Below, piece by piece: positions 39,360-48,862 of a stretch of 64,000 nucleotides of DNA; the first letter of the stretch is position 1; each line of letters begins with the position of its first letter. The stretch comes from Candidatus Bathyarchaeia archaeon (GTDB lineage: Archaea > Thermoproteota > Bathyarchaeia > Bathyarchaeales > Bathycorpusculaceae), in contig JBEKKX010000002.1 of the NCBI GenBank assembly GCA_050010515.1, positions 37,176 to 101,175 on the forward strand. The letters run 5' to 3'. The position numbers and the translations under genes are program-made. The notes beneath the pieces are model-generated. The model made no database searches and had not been told where the DNA came from. It was given only the letters and a program-made list of their open reading frames with translations.

Positions 39360-39692
39360 CTACAACATCTTGTTATAGAAACATGTTGGGGCTCCCGTGT
39401 GGCATACAACGCCTTTCTGTTCAACCACGTAGAGGAGTGCGTCGTAGTCGCAGTCGGCTGTTACGGACACGATTTTTTGGGTGTTTCCTGAGGTTTCGCC
39501 TTTTATCCATAATTCGTTTCTGGAGCGGCTCCAGTAAGTGGCTTTTCCCGTGTTCAGCGTGTTTTCTACCGCTTGCCTGTTAGCGTAAGCAAGCATCAGG
39601 GTCTCTTTTGTTTTCGCGTCTTGAACAACCACTGGGATAAGTCCGTTGCCTTTTTTGAAATCAAGTTTTTCAAGCAGTTTCACTGTGTTCAT
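39360..39692 (-). CDS. hisI: phosphoribosyl-AMP cyclohydrolase
   Basis: [27 protein letters not shown]. Confidence 0.96.
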   Translation of the reverse strand: MNTVKLLEKLDFKKGNGLIPVVVQDAKTKETLMLAYANRQAVENTLNTGKATYWSRSRNELWIKGETSGNTQKIVSVTADCDYDALLYVVEQKGVVCHTGAPTCFYNKML

Positions 39693-40492
39693 TGTCTAAT
39701 AGTCACCCCCGCTTTACGCAAGAAGTCTTTGATGACTGGGACAGGGTACTTGTTGTAGTGGAACACTGAAGCTGCTAACGCTGCATCCGCTTTTCCCTCG
39801 GTGAAAACGTCAAGAAAATGCTTTGGGACTCCGGCGCCGCCGCTGGCGATAAGTGGAACATTAACCCTCTCAGAAATCGCGCGCGTCAACTCGATGTCGT
39901 AGCCGTCTTCTGTGCCGTCCTTGTCCATCGAAGTAACCAGAAACTCGCCTGCTCCAAGTTTCTCGGCTTGCAGCGCCCATTGTATGGCGTCGATTCCTGT
40001 GGGTTTTCTTCCCCCGTAAGTGTAAACTTCAAACCACACTTTGCCTTCGTCTGTGTCAACCATAATCTTGCCTTTGCTTGGTGTCCTGTTTCTTTTAGCG
40101 TCAATGGCGGTGACGACACATTGCTGACCGAAAACTTCAGCTAACTCGGTAATGACTTTGGGTTTTTCAACTGCCGCGGTGTTAACCGAAACCTTATCGG
40201 CGCCGCTGCACAAAACCAGCCTTGCGTCTGCGACGTTGCGGATGCCGCCGCCGACAGTAAATGGGATGCTGATTGCCCGTGCTACGCCTTCAACAACTCC
40301 ACGCAAAATGTCCCGCTTTTCTGAGGATGCTGTTATGTCGAGAAAAACCAGTTCATCTGCGCCTTCGTCTGAGTAGCGTTTAGCCATTTCAACTGGGTCG
40401 CCTGCCCGCTTTGGATTGAGGAAGTTTATGCATTTGACTACTTTTCCGTGGTCAACATCGAGGCATGGAACGATACGTTTCGCTAACGGCAT
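39689..40492 (-). CDS. hisF: imidazole glycerol phosphate synthase cyclase subunit
   Basis: [32 protein letters not shown]. Confidence 0.96.
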   Translation of the reverse strand: MPLAKRIVPCLDVDHGKVVKCINFLNPKRAGDPVEMAKRYSDEGADELVFLDITASSEKRDILRGVVEGVARAISIPFTVGGGIRNVADARLVLCSGADKVSVNTAAVEKPKVITELAEVFGQQCVVTAIDAKRNRTPSKGKIMVDTDEGKVWFEVYTYGGRKPTGIDAIQWALQAEKLGAGEFLVTSMDKDGTEDGYDIELTRAISERVNVPLIASGGAGVPKHFLDVFTEGKADAALAASVFHYNKYPVPVIKDFLRKAGVTIRQ

Positions 40493-40495
40493 ATT

Positions 40496-41218
40496 TTAAG
40501 CTCCTGCCTTGTTTATGGCTTCTTTTAGAGTGAATCTGCCTTCATAAAGGGCTTTTCCAATCACTGCCCCATCCACTCCAACACGCTTCAGAGCAATTAA
40601 GTCGTTTATGCTGCCGATTCCGCCAGCCGCAATGATTTTGGCATTTTGGAACTGGACGGTTTCGCTGAGTGTTTTTAGGTCTGGACCGCTGAGCATTCCA
40701 TCTTGAGCGATTGAAGTTATAAGGAACGTTTTAACGCCAAGCGCGGTGAATTTTTCCAGCGCCTCTTTTACGCTTAACGCGGTTGCTGTTTTCCAGCCCT
40801 CAACCATAATCCGCCCATCCTTATTGTCTAAGGCAACGATGACTGATTCAGCGCCGAACCGTTCCTGAATCTTACCAATCGCTGACTGGTCACTGAATGC
40901 TAAGGCGCCCAGAATAACTTGACTAATCCCAGTCTTGAACAGACTCGTCGCTGTCTCAAAGCTGCGGATTCCGCCACCAACCTGAAGTGGCAACGCAATG
41001 TTCGCTGCAATTTCTGATATTACCTTGTGATTGTTTCCAGTGCCGAAAGCCGCATCCAAATCAATAATATGCAACTTGGCAGCGCCTTCATTACGCCACC
41101 ACTTAGCAGTTTCCACGGGACCTCCAAACTGGTCATAAGCCTTAGCTGTCGTGGGGTCGCCGCGGGATAACCTGACGATTTTGCCGCTCATGAGGTCGAT
41201 GGCTGGAATTAACTGCAT
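40496..41218 (-). CDS. hisA: ProFAR isomerase
   Basis: IPAIDL, HIIDLD, QVGGGIRS, VIGKALY. Confidence 0.96.
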   Translation of the reverse strand: MQLIPAIDLMSGKIVRLSRGDPTTAKAYDQFGGPVETAKWWRNEGAAKLHIIDLDAAFGTGNNHKVISEIAANIALPLQVGGGIRSFETATSLFKTGISQVILGALAFSDQSAIGKIQERFGAESVIVALDNKDGRIMVEGWKTATALSVKEALEKFTALGVKTFLITSIAQDGMLSGPDLKTLSETVQFQNAKIIAAGGIGSINDLIALKRVGVDGAVIGKALYEGRFTLKEAINKAGA

Positions 41219-41225
41219 CCCAAAG

Positions 41226-41831
41226 TCACCTTACCACAACTTTAGCGAAGTTTTTCAGAATTTTTAATCCTATGTCGCCTGATTTTTCTGGGTGAAATTG
41301 TGTGCCGTAAACGTTTTTGCTGGCTATTGCTGAGGTGAAGGTTACGCCGTATTCGGTTTGTGTGCACACTATCGTTTTGTCAACTGGAGCAGGGTAGAGT
41401 GAGTGGACAAAGTAAACGTAAGAGCCCTCTTTTACGCCGTCGAAAAGCTCGTTTTGTTTAACGATGTTTAGTGTGTTCCAGCCCATGTGCGGCACCTTAA
41501 CAGTGCTAGGTAAGCGGACTGTTTTGCCCTTGAAAAGTGCTAAGCCGTTTCCTGGTCCTTCCTCGCTTTCCTCAAAGAAAAGCTGCAACCCTAAGCATAT
41601 GCCAAGCAGCGGCGTGCCGTCTTTGACCTTGTTTGTGAGCGTCTCTTTGACTGCGTCGAGTTTTGTGGCAGCAGCGCTAAAAGCTCCAACACCCGGCAAA
41701 GCAATAGCATCCGCCTGAGCTAATTCTTTTGCTGAAATGCCAATTGACGCTTCTAACCCTACTTTTTCCAGGGCGCATTTTAGGCTAAGCAAGTTTCCAA
41801 CGCCGTAATCAAATATTACTGCTTTTGCCAA
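41226..41831 (-). CDS. hisH: imidazole glycerol phosphate synthase glutaminase subunit
   Basis: DYGVGNL, PGVGAF, GICLG, PHMGWN, QFHPEKS. Confidence 0.97.
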   Translation of the reverse strand: MAKAVIFDYGVGNLLSLKCALEKVGLEASIGISAKELAQADAIALPGVGAFSAAATKLDAVKETLTNKVKDGTPLLGICLGLQLFFEESEEGPGNGLALFKGKTVRLPSTVKVPHMGWNTLNIVKQNELFDGVKEGSYVYFVHSLYPAPVDKTIVCTQTEYGVTFTSAIASKNVYGTQFHPEKSGDIGLKILKNFAKVVVR

Positions 41832-42407
41832 TTAGATGACTCCCTTTGAGCTTGGCACTCCTTTGCGTCTCGGGTCTAAGGCTACAGCTTGTCTAAGCGA
41901 TAGGGCGAGGGCTTTAACTGCCGCTTCTGCCTTGTGGTGGTCATTGCTGCCGTACTCGACGAAGACGTGGACGTTTGACTGCAGTGAAGTGGCGAAGGAT
42001 TCAAAGAAGTGGTTGATGTCTTCGGTTGGCATGTTCTCTACTTTTTTGCCTCTGAGTTTAAGGTCAATTTTAAAGTATGGACGCTTCACCAAATCCACAG
42101 CTGCAAAGGCTAATGAGCAATCCATCGGCGCAGCGGCATTGCCGAAGCGTGTGATGCCTTCTCTTGTGCCTAAGGCTTTGTTTAATGCTTCACCTAAGCC
42201 TATGGCTAAGTCTTCAACTGAGTGGTGCACCAAATCGCCTTTCACAGACGCGGTTATGTCGATTAGGCTGTGGGTGGCAAATGAAGTTATCATGTGGTCA
42301 AGGAAGGGCACGCCTGTGGTCACGGTTGCTTTTCCTTCCCCGTCAAGGTTCACTTTTACTTGAACTTCGGTTTCTTTGGTTTTTCGGTAAACTTCTTCAG
42401 TTCTCAC
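41832..42407 (-). CDS. hisB: imidazoleglycerol-phosphate dehydratase
   Basis: RKTKET, FLDHM, HHSVED, NDHHKAE, PSSKG. Confidence 0.97.
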   Translation of the reverse strand: MRTEEVYRKTKETEVQVKVNLDGEGKATVTTGVPFLDHMITSFATHSLIDITASVKGDLVHHSVEDLAIGLGEALNKALGTREGITRFGNAAAPMDCSLAFAAVDLVKRPYFKIDLKLRGKKVENMPTEDINHFFESFATSLQSNVHVFVEYGSNDHHKAEAAVKALALSLRQAVALDPRRKGVPSSKGVI

Positions 42408-42418
42408 TTCATTTCACC

Positions 42419-43528
42419 TTAAATTTGCTTTAACGCTTCAATTAGTTTAGCGTTCATTTCTGGCAAGCCAACTGTAACGCGGAAGCAGTTTTCGTATTGG
42501 AGGATTTTGCCCCATTTCTTGAGCATTATGCCCCGTTTTAGTAGCTTCTCGTTAACTTGGTCGCAGGGTTTTTGTGTGTTGACTAGCAGGAAGTTTGCTT
42601 GTGAATCGAATGCTTGCACGCCATCTATTTCGTTTAGTGCCTTTATCAGTTTTCCCCGTTCGCGTTTCAGTTCCCTCACGGATTCCTTCATCAAGTCAAC
42701 ATTATCCAGCATCTTGCAACCCATCCTCAACGTGAAACCACTCACAGGATAGGGCAACGGAGTTTTCTCGGTCAAAATCTTTGCTAACTCGGGATTAGCC
42801 ACGGCGTAGCCAAGCCTCAGCGCAGCTAAACCGAAGGCTTTGGAGAACGTTCTGAGAATAATCATGTTCTCAAATTCACTTATTCGTGGCACCAGTGAGT
42901 AGTCAGCAAATTCACCGTACGCCTCGTCTAAGATGACGATTCCAGGAAAAGCTTTGGCTAAGGTTTCAACGTCTTCTACTTTAAACTGGGTTGAAGTCGG
43001 ATTATTGGGCGAACAAAGGTACAGTAGCCTAGTTTTATCTGAAAACTTGGTTAGCATCCCTTTAACATCAAGCTGCAAGTTGCTTAGAAGCGGCACCGCA
43101 AAGTATTTGCCTTCTTGCCGTTTAACGCAAAGTCTTGGAATAGCGAATGTCGGCGCAAACGAAACCGCACTTTCATCTTTCTCAACAAAGAGCCTAACTA
43201 TTCGGTCGATTAATTCGTCGCTTGCGTTACCAACAACGAGGCAGTCTTTTGGAGCCCCAATGTACATAGTAAGCTTTTCCCGCAGCTTTGCCTCTTCATC
43301 CTCAGGGTACATTCGCAAATCAATCTCATCAGCCAACTCTCTAACAAGTTTAGCTTGCTTCGCTCTTGGAATGAACAGGTTCTCGTTAAAATTTAGCTTG
43401 ATTATTTGTTTTGTAGGGACGCCTATTTGCTTCGCTACTGTTTCGGGTGAAGCTCCAGCAGTGTAGCAGTCTATTGCTTGCAGCTTCACAAGTTTGTCTT
43501 TAAGCCATTTCCTGTATGATGCGCTCAT
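42419..43528 (-). CDS. hisC: histidinol-phosphate aminotransferase
   Basis: KLNFNEN, SPNNPT, DEAY, RTFSKAFGLAALRLGY. Confidence 0.95.
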   Translation of the reverse strand: MSASYRKWLKDKLVKLQAIDCYTAGASPETVAKQIGVPTKQIIKLNFNENLFIPRAKQAKLVRELADEIDLRMYPEDEEAKLREKLTMYIGAPKDCLVVGNASDELIDRIVRLFVEKDESAVSFAPTFAIPRLCVKRQEGKYFAVPLLSNLQLDVKGMLTKFSDKTRLLYLCSPNNPTSTQFKVEDVETLAKAFPGIVILDEAYGEFADYSLVPRISEFENMIILRTFSKAFGLAALRLGYAVANPELAKILTEKTPLPYPVSGFTLRMGCKMLDNVDLMKESVRELKRERGKLIKALNEIDGVQAFDSQANFLLVNTQKPCDQVNEKLLKRGIMLKKWGKILQYENCFRVTVGLPEMNAKLIEALKQI

Positions 43529-44826
43529 TTTTCAAACCTTGCCTCTATCGCTTTGTAGTGATTGGGAAGATTCTCTGCTTCCGCCATAGCCTTAATGCAG
43601 TCTTTTACCCGTTCTAGACCCGTTCTTGAGCTTTCAACTATGCTTACTCGCCGCATAAAGTCCAAAGCAGATAATCCTGAAAATGACTGAGCGAAGCCGC
43701 CTGTTGGTAGTACATGGTTGGTTCCACTGCCGTAATCGCTTAGGGCAACTGGGCTGTATGGACCTATGAGTATGAGACCAGCGGTTAGTTTCTCTGCAAT
43801 CTCCTTGGGCTTAGCGGTCATGACTTCTAAGTGTTCAGGAGCAAACTGATTAACTAAACTGACCGCCTCTTCCATGCTTTTGCAGACTATTATGAAGCCG
43901 TATTTGGCTAGTGCCTCTGAGACTTTTTCGCCCCTTCCTGCTGAAGCGGCAACCGTTGCCAGATTCTCTTGAACTTGCAAAGCAACCTTTTCAGAAGTTG
44001 TTATGAGTCCAGCAACGCTGTCCCCACCATGCTCAGCCTGCGAAACCATATCAAAAGCTATGAACCGTGTATCAGCCGACTCATCAGCCAAAACGAGCAC
44101 TTCGCTTGGGCCAGCCGGCATGTCAATCGCCACATCTGTTGAAACCAGAACCTTCGCCGCTGTCACGTATTTGCTGCCTGGACCGACGATTTTTCGTACA
44201 GGCTTTATGGTTTTTGTTCCGTAAGCTAAAGCGGCTATGGCTTGGGCTCCTCCAACCTTGTAAACCTCATCTACTCCGCAGATATCGGCGGCGACAAGTA
44301 CGAGCGGGTTAACTTTGCCTTTGGCGTCTGGTGGTGAACAAACGACAATCCTTGGGACGCCTGCTACTTTGGCTGGAACCGCTGTCATGATAAGCGTGCT
44401 TGGGTAAGCGGCTTGTCCTCCTGGAACGTAGCAGCCGACGCTTTCGATTGGACGCAGAACAGTCTGAACCCATATGCCATCGCTCAAGGTCTTGATTTCA
44501 GTTTGGGTGAGAAGTTGCTTTTGGAAGGCGTTGACTTTTTCTTTCATGAATTTTAGAGCGGACACTTGTTCGAGGCTAGCTTTCTTGTAAGCTTCCTTGA
44601 TTTCTTCCGTCTTGACTTTAAGGGTTCGCAGGGTTAGTTCGGCTTTGTCAAATTTTAGGGCAAACTCAACCAGCGCACCATTGCCGTTTTCTTTAACTTG
44701 CTTTATGATAGCTTTAACGCTGTTTTCAACTTCTTGAACAGCCTTTTCATCCGCTTTTTGCCGTTTAAACCAATCTGGCGGTAGTGCCTCCGCTTTCCAG
44801 ACTCTCACTTGGGCTTGCCTTTGCAT
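43525..44826 (-). CDS. hisD: histidinol dehydrogenase
   Basis: YVPGG, GGAQAIAALAYG, IDMPAGPSE, SQAEH, GTNHVLPT. Confidence 0.97.
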   Translation of the reverse strand: MQRQAQVRVWKAEALPPDWFKRQKADEKAVQEVENSVKAIIKQVKENGNGALVEFALKFDKAELTLRTLKVKTEEIKEAYKKASLEQVSALKFMKEKVNAFQKQLLTQTEIKTLSDGIWVQTVLRPIESVGCYVPGGQAAYPSTLIMTAVPAKVAGVPRIVVCSPPDAKGKVNPLVLVAADICGVDEVYKVGGAQAIAALAYGTKTIKPVRKIVGPGSKYVTAAKVLVSTDVAIDMPAGPSEVLVLADESADTRFIAFDMVSQAEHGGDSVAGLITTSEKVALQVQENLATVAASAGRGEKVSEALAKYGFIIVCKSMEEAVSLVNQFAPEHLEVMTAKPKEIAEKLTAGLILIGPYSPVALSDYGSGTNHVLPTGGFAQSFSGLSALDFMRRVSIVESSRTGLERVKDCIKAMAEAENLPNHYKAIEARFEK

Positions 44827-45806
44827 GGGTTCTCCTCTCTCTTACTAATCTCGTCTAAAGCCAGCACCTGCCGCGGCTCATACACTACTAAGCCTTGAGC
44901 AAGCTTACGGATTTTTGGCAAGAGCTCAATTAAGCAGTCTTTCTCAATGACGGTGTTAACGCTGACCCAGTTCTCATCTGCCAAAGGCGCTATCGTTGGG
45001 TTTTTCAACGCTGGCAGTTCAGTGAGCAGTTTCTGCAAGTTGGTTTTTCGTACATTAACAAATATGTGTATTCTCTTTGACCCGTCCACGACGCCTTTTA
45101 GCAAGCTGACGATGTCGTAAATTTTTTCTTTCTTCTCTGGATCTTCTAAGGCTTTATTGTTTGCAATTAGCACGGCTGCCGACTGCATAACTGTTTCAAT
45201 GATCCTGAGATTGTTTGCTTCAAGGGTAGTGCCTGTTTCTGTCACGTCGATTATGCAGTCAGAGTTTTCTGGCGGTTTAGCTTCGGTTGCTCCGAATGAA
45301 AGGAAGATTTTTGCTCTTGGGTTATCGCCTTTTCTCCACCACGGCGTCACCATTATCGGATCTGCATCGCCGAAACGTTTCTTGTATGATGGGTTACTCT
45401 TAATATACTCTGAAGCAATGTTTAGGTATTCGGTTGACACGCGGAAGTTTTTGCCTCTGCTCCAAATATTCTCCATTATTTCAGACATGCCGCCGATTTC
45501 ACTCAAAGCTTCTGGCACAGCTGCGACTAAGCGGATTTTTCCATACTCAAGGTTCTGCAGCACTTCCACGTCGGTGCGTGTTTCGCGTATCCAGTCTTCG
45601 CCGGTGATGCCTATGTCTTGTAAGCCTTCGCTGACAAAGAACGGGATTTCTTGGGGTCTGAGGATTTTTAATTCAATTTTTGGGTCGTTTATGGTTGGTC
45701 GGTAGGTGCGTTCTTGACCTTGGACTTTATAGCCTGAACGCTGAAATATTTCAAAGGTTGCCTTTGATAGGGAGCCTGCTGGTATAGCAAATTTTACTTT
45801 ATCCAT
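44805..45806 (-). CDS. hisG: ATP phosphoribosyltransferase (long form)
   Basis: RPQEIP, GITGED, GATE, DVTETGTTL, C-terminal LPALKNPTI. Confidence 0.95.
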   Translation of the reverse strand: MDKVKFAIPAGSLSKATFEIFQRSGYKVQGQERTYRPTINDPKIELKILRPQEIPFFVSEGLQDIGITGEDWIRETRTDVEVLQNLEYGKIRLVAAVPEALSEIGGMSEIMENIWSRGKNFRVSTEYLNIASEYIKSNPSYKKRFGDADPIMVTPWWRKGDNPRAKIFLSFGATEAKPPENSDCIIDVTETGTTLEANNLRIIETVMQSAAVLIANNKALEDPEKKEKIYDIVSLLKGVVDGSKRIHIFVNVRKTNLQKLLTELPALKNPTIAPLADENWVSVNTVIEKDCLIELLPKIRKLAQGLVVYEPRQVLALDEISKREENPCKGKPK

Positions 45807-46063
45807 AATTTTTCACCTAAATTTTTAGAGAAACCTCTAAGGGTTTTTTGTTTTGATAAAACGGTTTTTTGAAGGAATACGCCCAATATCAAGTAGCTTT
45901 TCGTGTTTAGACTTGAACGGTTTGGATTGCTTTTACTCTTAATGAACGCAATCGCCTTGTATGAACGCAATCCCTCATCATTTACCACTGAAAGACACCT
46001 AAATGCCTGACTTCCTAATAAACTGTTTTCCTAATATTAAACTGTCGAAACGCTAAAAAGGCA

Positions 46064-46651
46064 TTAAACTGAAGGCGGCTTCCGTTTTTTAATTTCAAAA
46101 ACCAGCGGCGGCGCCGAATTTCGTGTTTCTAACTCTACACTTAAGAGTCCTTCCATGATGCCCTTCCAAATTTCGCAATCGTTAATAAATGGAGTTTTCA
46201 AAAGCAAAAACTTGTCTTTCAAATAGAAATCTCCGAATCCCTGCACTTTCAGCCGTTCAAATATCTTTTCCCAATTTTTCTGTTCGTTTGCTTCAATTCC
46301 TAGCGTTGATTGGATAGAAACCTTTAGGGCATCACCCATCCTTTCACCAATCTCACGCCACTTTTCCTTAGGAATCTGCTGTGTTAGTATATTGAGTAAT
46401 TCAACGTTCACAAGCGCTATGCGGCTTATTCCACAGTAGTATTCGCCAGGGAAACGCCAATCATAAATCATCATGCTTTCGTAAATGTCAAGCATTTTGG
46501 AGATGAGCGGTTTGATTCCATGCTCTTTCCCATCTTTAATTAACGATTCAATGAATTCTCTTTCGCGCTTTTCAAGGATAATCGTTGTTCTTTTTGTTTC
46601 TTCACTTTTCTCTTTTGGCACATCAGAGCTTCTTCGGTTGCTGTCCTGCAT
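46064..46651 (-). CDS. hypothetical protein, possible regulator
   Basis: 195-aa ORF; N-terminal KRTTIILE resembles a ribbon-helix-helix start. Confidence 0.7.
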   Translation of the reverse strand: MQDSNRRSSDVPKEKSEETKRTTIILEKREREFIESLIKDGKEHGIKPLISKMLDIYESMMIYDWRFPGEYYCGISRIALVNVELLNILTQQIPKEKWREIGERMGDALKVSIQSTLGIEANEQKNWEKIFERLKVQGFGDFYLKDKFLLLKTPFINDCEIWKGIMEGLLSVELETRNSAPPLVFEIKKRKPPSV

Positions 46652-46771
46652 ACAAACTATTTCTACATTAATATTTAATATGACTTGTGTATTCAGGAAG
46701 TATATTTATAGTCAAGTTTCTTTCTGAAAATTCAACGAATAGTTAAATAAAACAGGTTATGTCTCTAGAAG

Positions 46772-46829
46772 TTGCCGATGAAGAATCCAAAATGCTGATT
46801 GATGATGCACCCTGGGGTATCTGAGGCAA
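46772..46829 (+). ncRNA. box C/D guide sRNA
   Basis: TTGCC stem, C box cGATGA, guide, D' CTGA (46795), C' TTGATGA, guide, D CTGA (46821), GGCAA stem; TTAAATAA about 25 nt upstream. Confidence 0.85.
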
Positions 46830-46831
46830 AC

Positions 46832-47068
46832 TTACATTGTTATTAGCTTCTTTCTGATAAGGAACAGCATGGATACCATGCCTACTATAAATAGGATAAG
46901 GCCAGCGCCTATTGAGACAAAATAGTGTATTTTAAGGATATGCACCATGACGTACGGAACGTAAGTTGGACCGACGAAGATAAGAAGCATTGATAAAATT
47001 ACCAGCGTGATTCTCCAGAATTTCGAATATATGCCAGTAACATTTAGGTTTTCTTCATTTTCAGTCAT
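46832..47068 (-). CDS. small two-TM membrane protein
   Basis: LIFVGPTYVPY hairpin; downstream of the PAC2 gene. Confidence 0.75.
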   Translation of the reverse strand: MTENEENLNVTGIYSKFWRITLVILSMLLIFVGPTYVPYVMVHILKIHYFVSIGAGLILFIVGMVSMLFLIRKKLITM

Positions 47069-47080
47069 GCAACATCCAAC

Positions 47081-47758
47081 TCATTGTTCTTCAGGTGCAT
47101 TGTTTTCTACTAAACCTTCTTTTATCTCTTTTCCTAAAGCCTTCATCAAAAACTTGAAAACAAGAAATCCAGCTTCGCGGTCTGCTCTAAAACCCGTCGT
47201 TGTTCCAAGCAAGCTAACCCCCTCCAGCTTCCTTTCCTTCGCCATCGCCAAGGTAAGCCCTGTTCCACCAACGATTCTGCCTTTGCTGTAAATAACCGCG
47301 CCTTTTTCCATAAACTCAGTTGCCAACCTCGGTGAAGTAGCGGCAATGTAAACCTGAGCTTTATCCTCAGCTATCGGTATCCCGCCCATGGTTACGATGA
47401 AATGGCAACCTAACGCTTCAACAAAATCAATCACTTCTTCACAAACCTCATAGTGAGCAACCACATCATCAAACGAAGGCTGAATTTCACCCGTCATTAT
47501 AACCAAATTGTTTTTCACCATAGGAGCATAATAAAACTCGTATCTTGGCAAGTGACATATACCCTTAGCATTTATTGAAACGTAATCTGGAAAAGAAGGC
47601 GAATACAACTCTGCAAAAGGCTTAGCATCACAGAACTTTATAAGAAGATGCGCCGCAATTCTGCCGACATTCCCAAAGCCGGGTAATCCTTGAACAAAAA
47701 ATGGGTTTTCAAGAGTCGGATTTGAAAGCTTACGCAAATACGTCTTATCCATCAGCAA
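47081..47758 (-). CDS. PAC2-family proteasome assembly chaperone
   Basis: GLPGFGNVGRIAA, VTMGG, IVGGTG. Confidence 0.9.
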   Translation of the reverse strand: MLMDKTYLRKLSNPTLENPFFVQGLPGFGNVGRIAAHLLIKFCDAKPFAELYSPSFPDYVSINAKGICHLPRYEFYYAPMVKNNLVIMTGEIQPSFDDVVAHYEVCEEVIDFVEALGCHFIVTMGGIPIAEDKAQVYIAATSPRLATEFMEKGAVIYSKGRIVGGTGLTLAMAKERKLEGVSLLGTTTGFRADREAGFLVFKFLMKALGKEIKEGLVENNAPEEQ

Positions 47759-47881
47759 ACATCCTTCGCCAAAGAAGTATAAGTCGCCTCTAAAATGCTT
47801 TTGCCGACAATGAAAAAGAAACTATTAATATTCGACGAATAAACTAATAGGATGCTAAAACAACCCTTATGGAATAAATAT

Positions 47882-47960
47882 AGCGGGGTGGGGTAGCCAG
47901 GATTAACCCGCTGGGCTCATAACCCAGAGATCACTAGTTCAAATCTAGTCCCCGCTACCA
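47882..47960 (+). tRNA. initiator tRNA-Met(CAU), encoded CCA
   Basis: A1:U72, CTGGG-CTCATAA-CCCAG with three G-C pairs, CTAG-TTCAAAT-CTAG T arm. Confidence 0.96.
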
Positions 47961-48139
47961 ACAAAATCATCCGATTTTTGCAACATTCTATATGAAAAGG
48001 CATTATTTCATGTTGAAAAGTGCACGCATTGATTCATTGCACAGCTATGTTGTTTCATGTTTGGAGCCTATTAGAAGCATCTAGCAGACCGGAGGGTAGG
48101 CTTGTGAGAGCAAACAAGTACCTATAGTTATCAAAATTA

Positions 48140-48203
48140 GAAGGCGGGGTAGGGTATCAATTTAGCAATTGAATTTCTCTAGCTAAATTGAAAGCAGAGA
48201 AGG
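48140..48203. repeat. dispersed ~63-bp hairpin repeat, copy A
   Basis: Near-identical to 59229-59291; TCAATTTAGC/GCTAAATTGA inverted repeat. Confidence 0.85.
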
Positions 48204-48436
48204 AAAGGCACTTTTAACAACCGATTGCGCTAGCCTAATAAGTTAACTAGTCGTACTGATGAACGCGCAGCTGTGACGTATAACTATGGATATGCGTGAC
48301 TAGTAACCATGTACTTGTGTGATAGGTAAGAAGAAGCTAAACTAAGCGCTATTTATGAAAAGCAACTCAAACTAGACGCTGATAGCTCCGAAAAAATTTT
48401 GTTTTAGCAACTTCTGCAGAGCGTTTGTGACTTAGG

Positions 48437-48862
48437 CTATGGATTTGTTTGCCTAGTGGCTAAAACGAACAATCCGCCGACAATGCCCAGTATCGCTCCT
48501 ATGAAGAAGCCGCCCATGCCTACAAAGCTAACGGCTGAGAACACGATGATGACTATTGCCCAAATCATATGTTGCTGCGGGTTAAGTCTAAGAATGATGG
48601 CGCTCATCACAACGATGACGCCGCAAATCACAGCTACCAATGAAATTCCAGCAAGAAAACCATAAGAGCCTCCATAGTTGCCCATGAAATTGTGGTAGCC
48701 GTCCATCATTCCTCCTACGTAGCTGCCGTATCCGCCAAAGTTTGGAGCGCCTGAACTATACCAGAGCACGTTTAGTATGCTGGCTATTAGTATAATTAAG
48801 CCTCCAACTAGCGACACAATATACGCGAATGTTGTTCCTATATTTGCTGTCATAATTTTCAC
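48437..48862 (-). CDS. Gly-rich membrane protein (DUF6114-like)
   Basis: [25 protein letters not shown]. Confidence 0.75.
   Translation of the reverse strand: MKIMTANIGTTFAYIVSLVGGLIILIASILNVLWYSSGAPNFGGYGSYVGGMMDGYHNFMGNYGGSYGFLAGISLVAVICGVIVVMSAIILRLNPQQHMIWAIVIIVFSAVSFVGMGGFFIGAILGIVGGLFVLATRQTNP

Noticed and set aside
45794-45988. His-rich attenuator leader peptide upstream of hisG
   Set aside because: Candidate frames have zero or one His codon; only a 12-bp direct repeat (ATGAACGCAATC x2) of unknown meaning is present.
48246-48290. Hammerhead ribozyme (GTC...CTGATGA...stem)
   Set aside because: Only 3 nt between GTC and CTGATGA (no stem I), and the required GAAA is ATAA.
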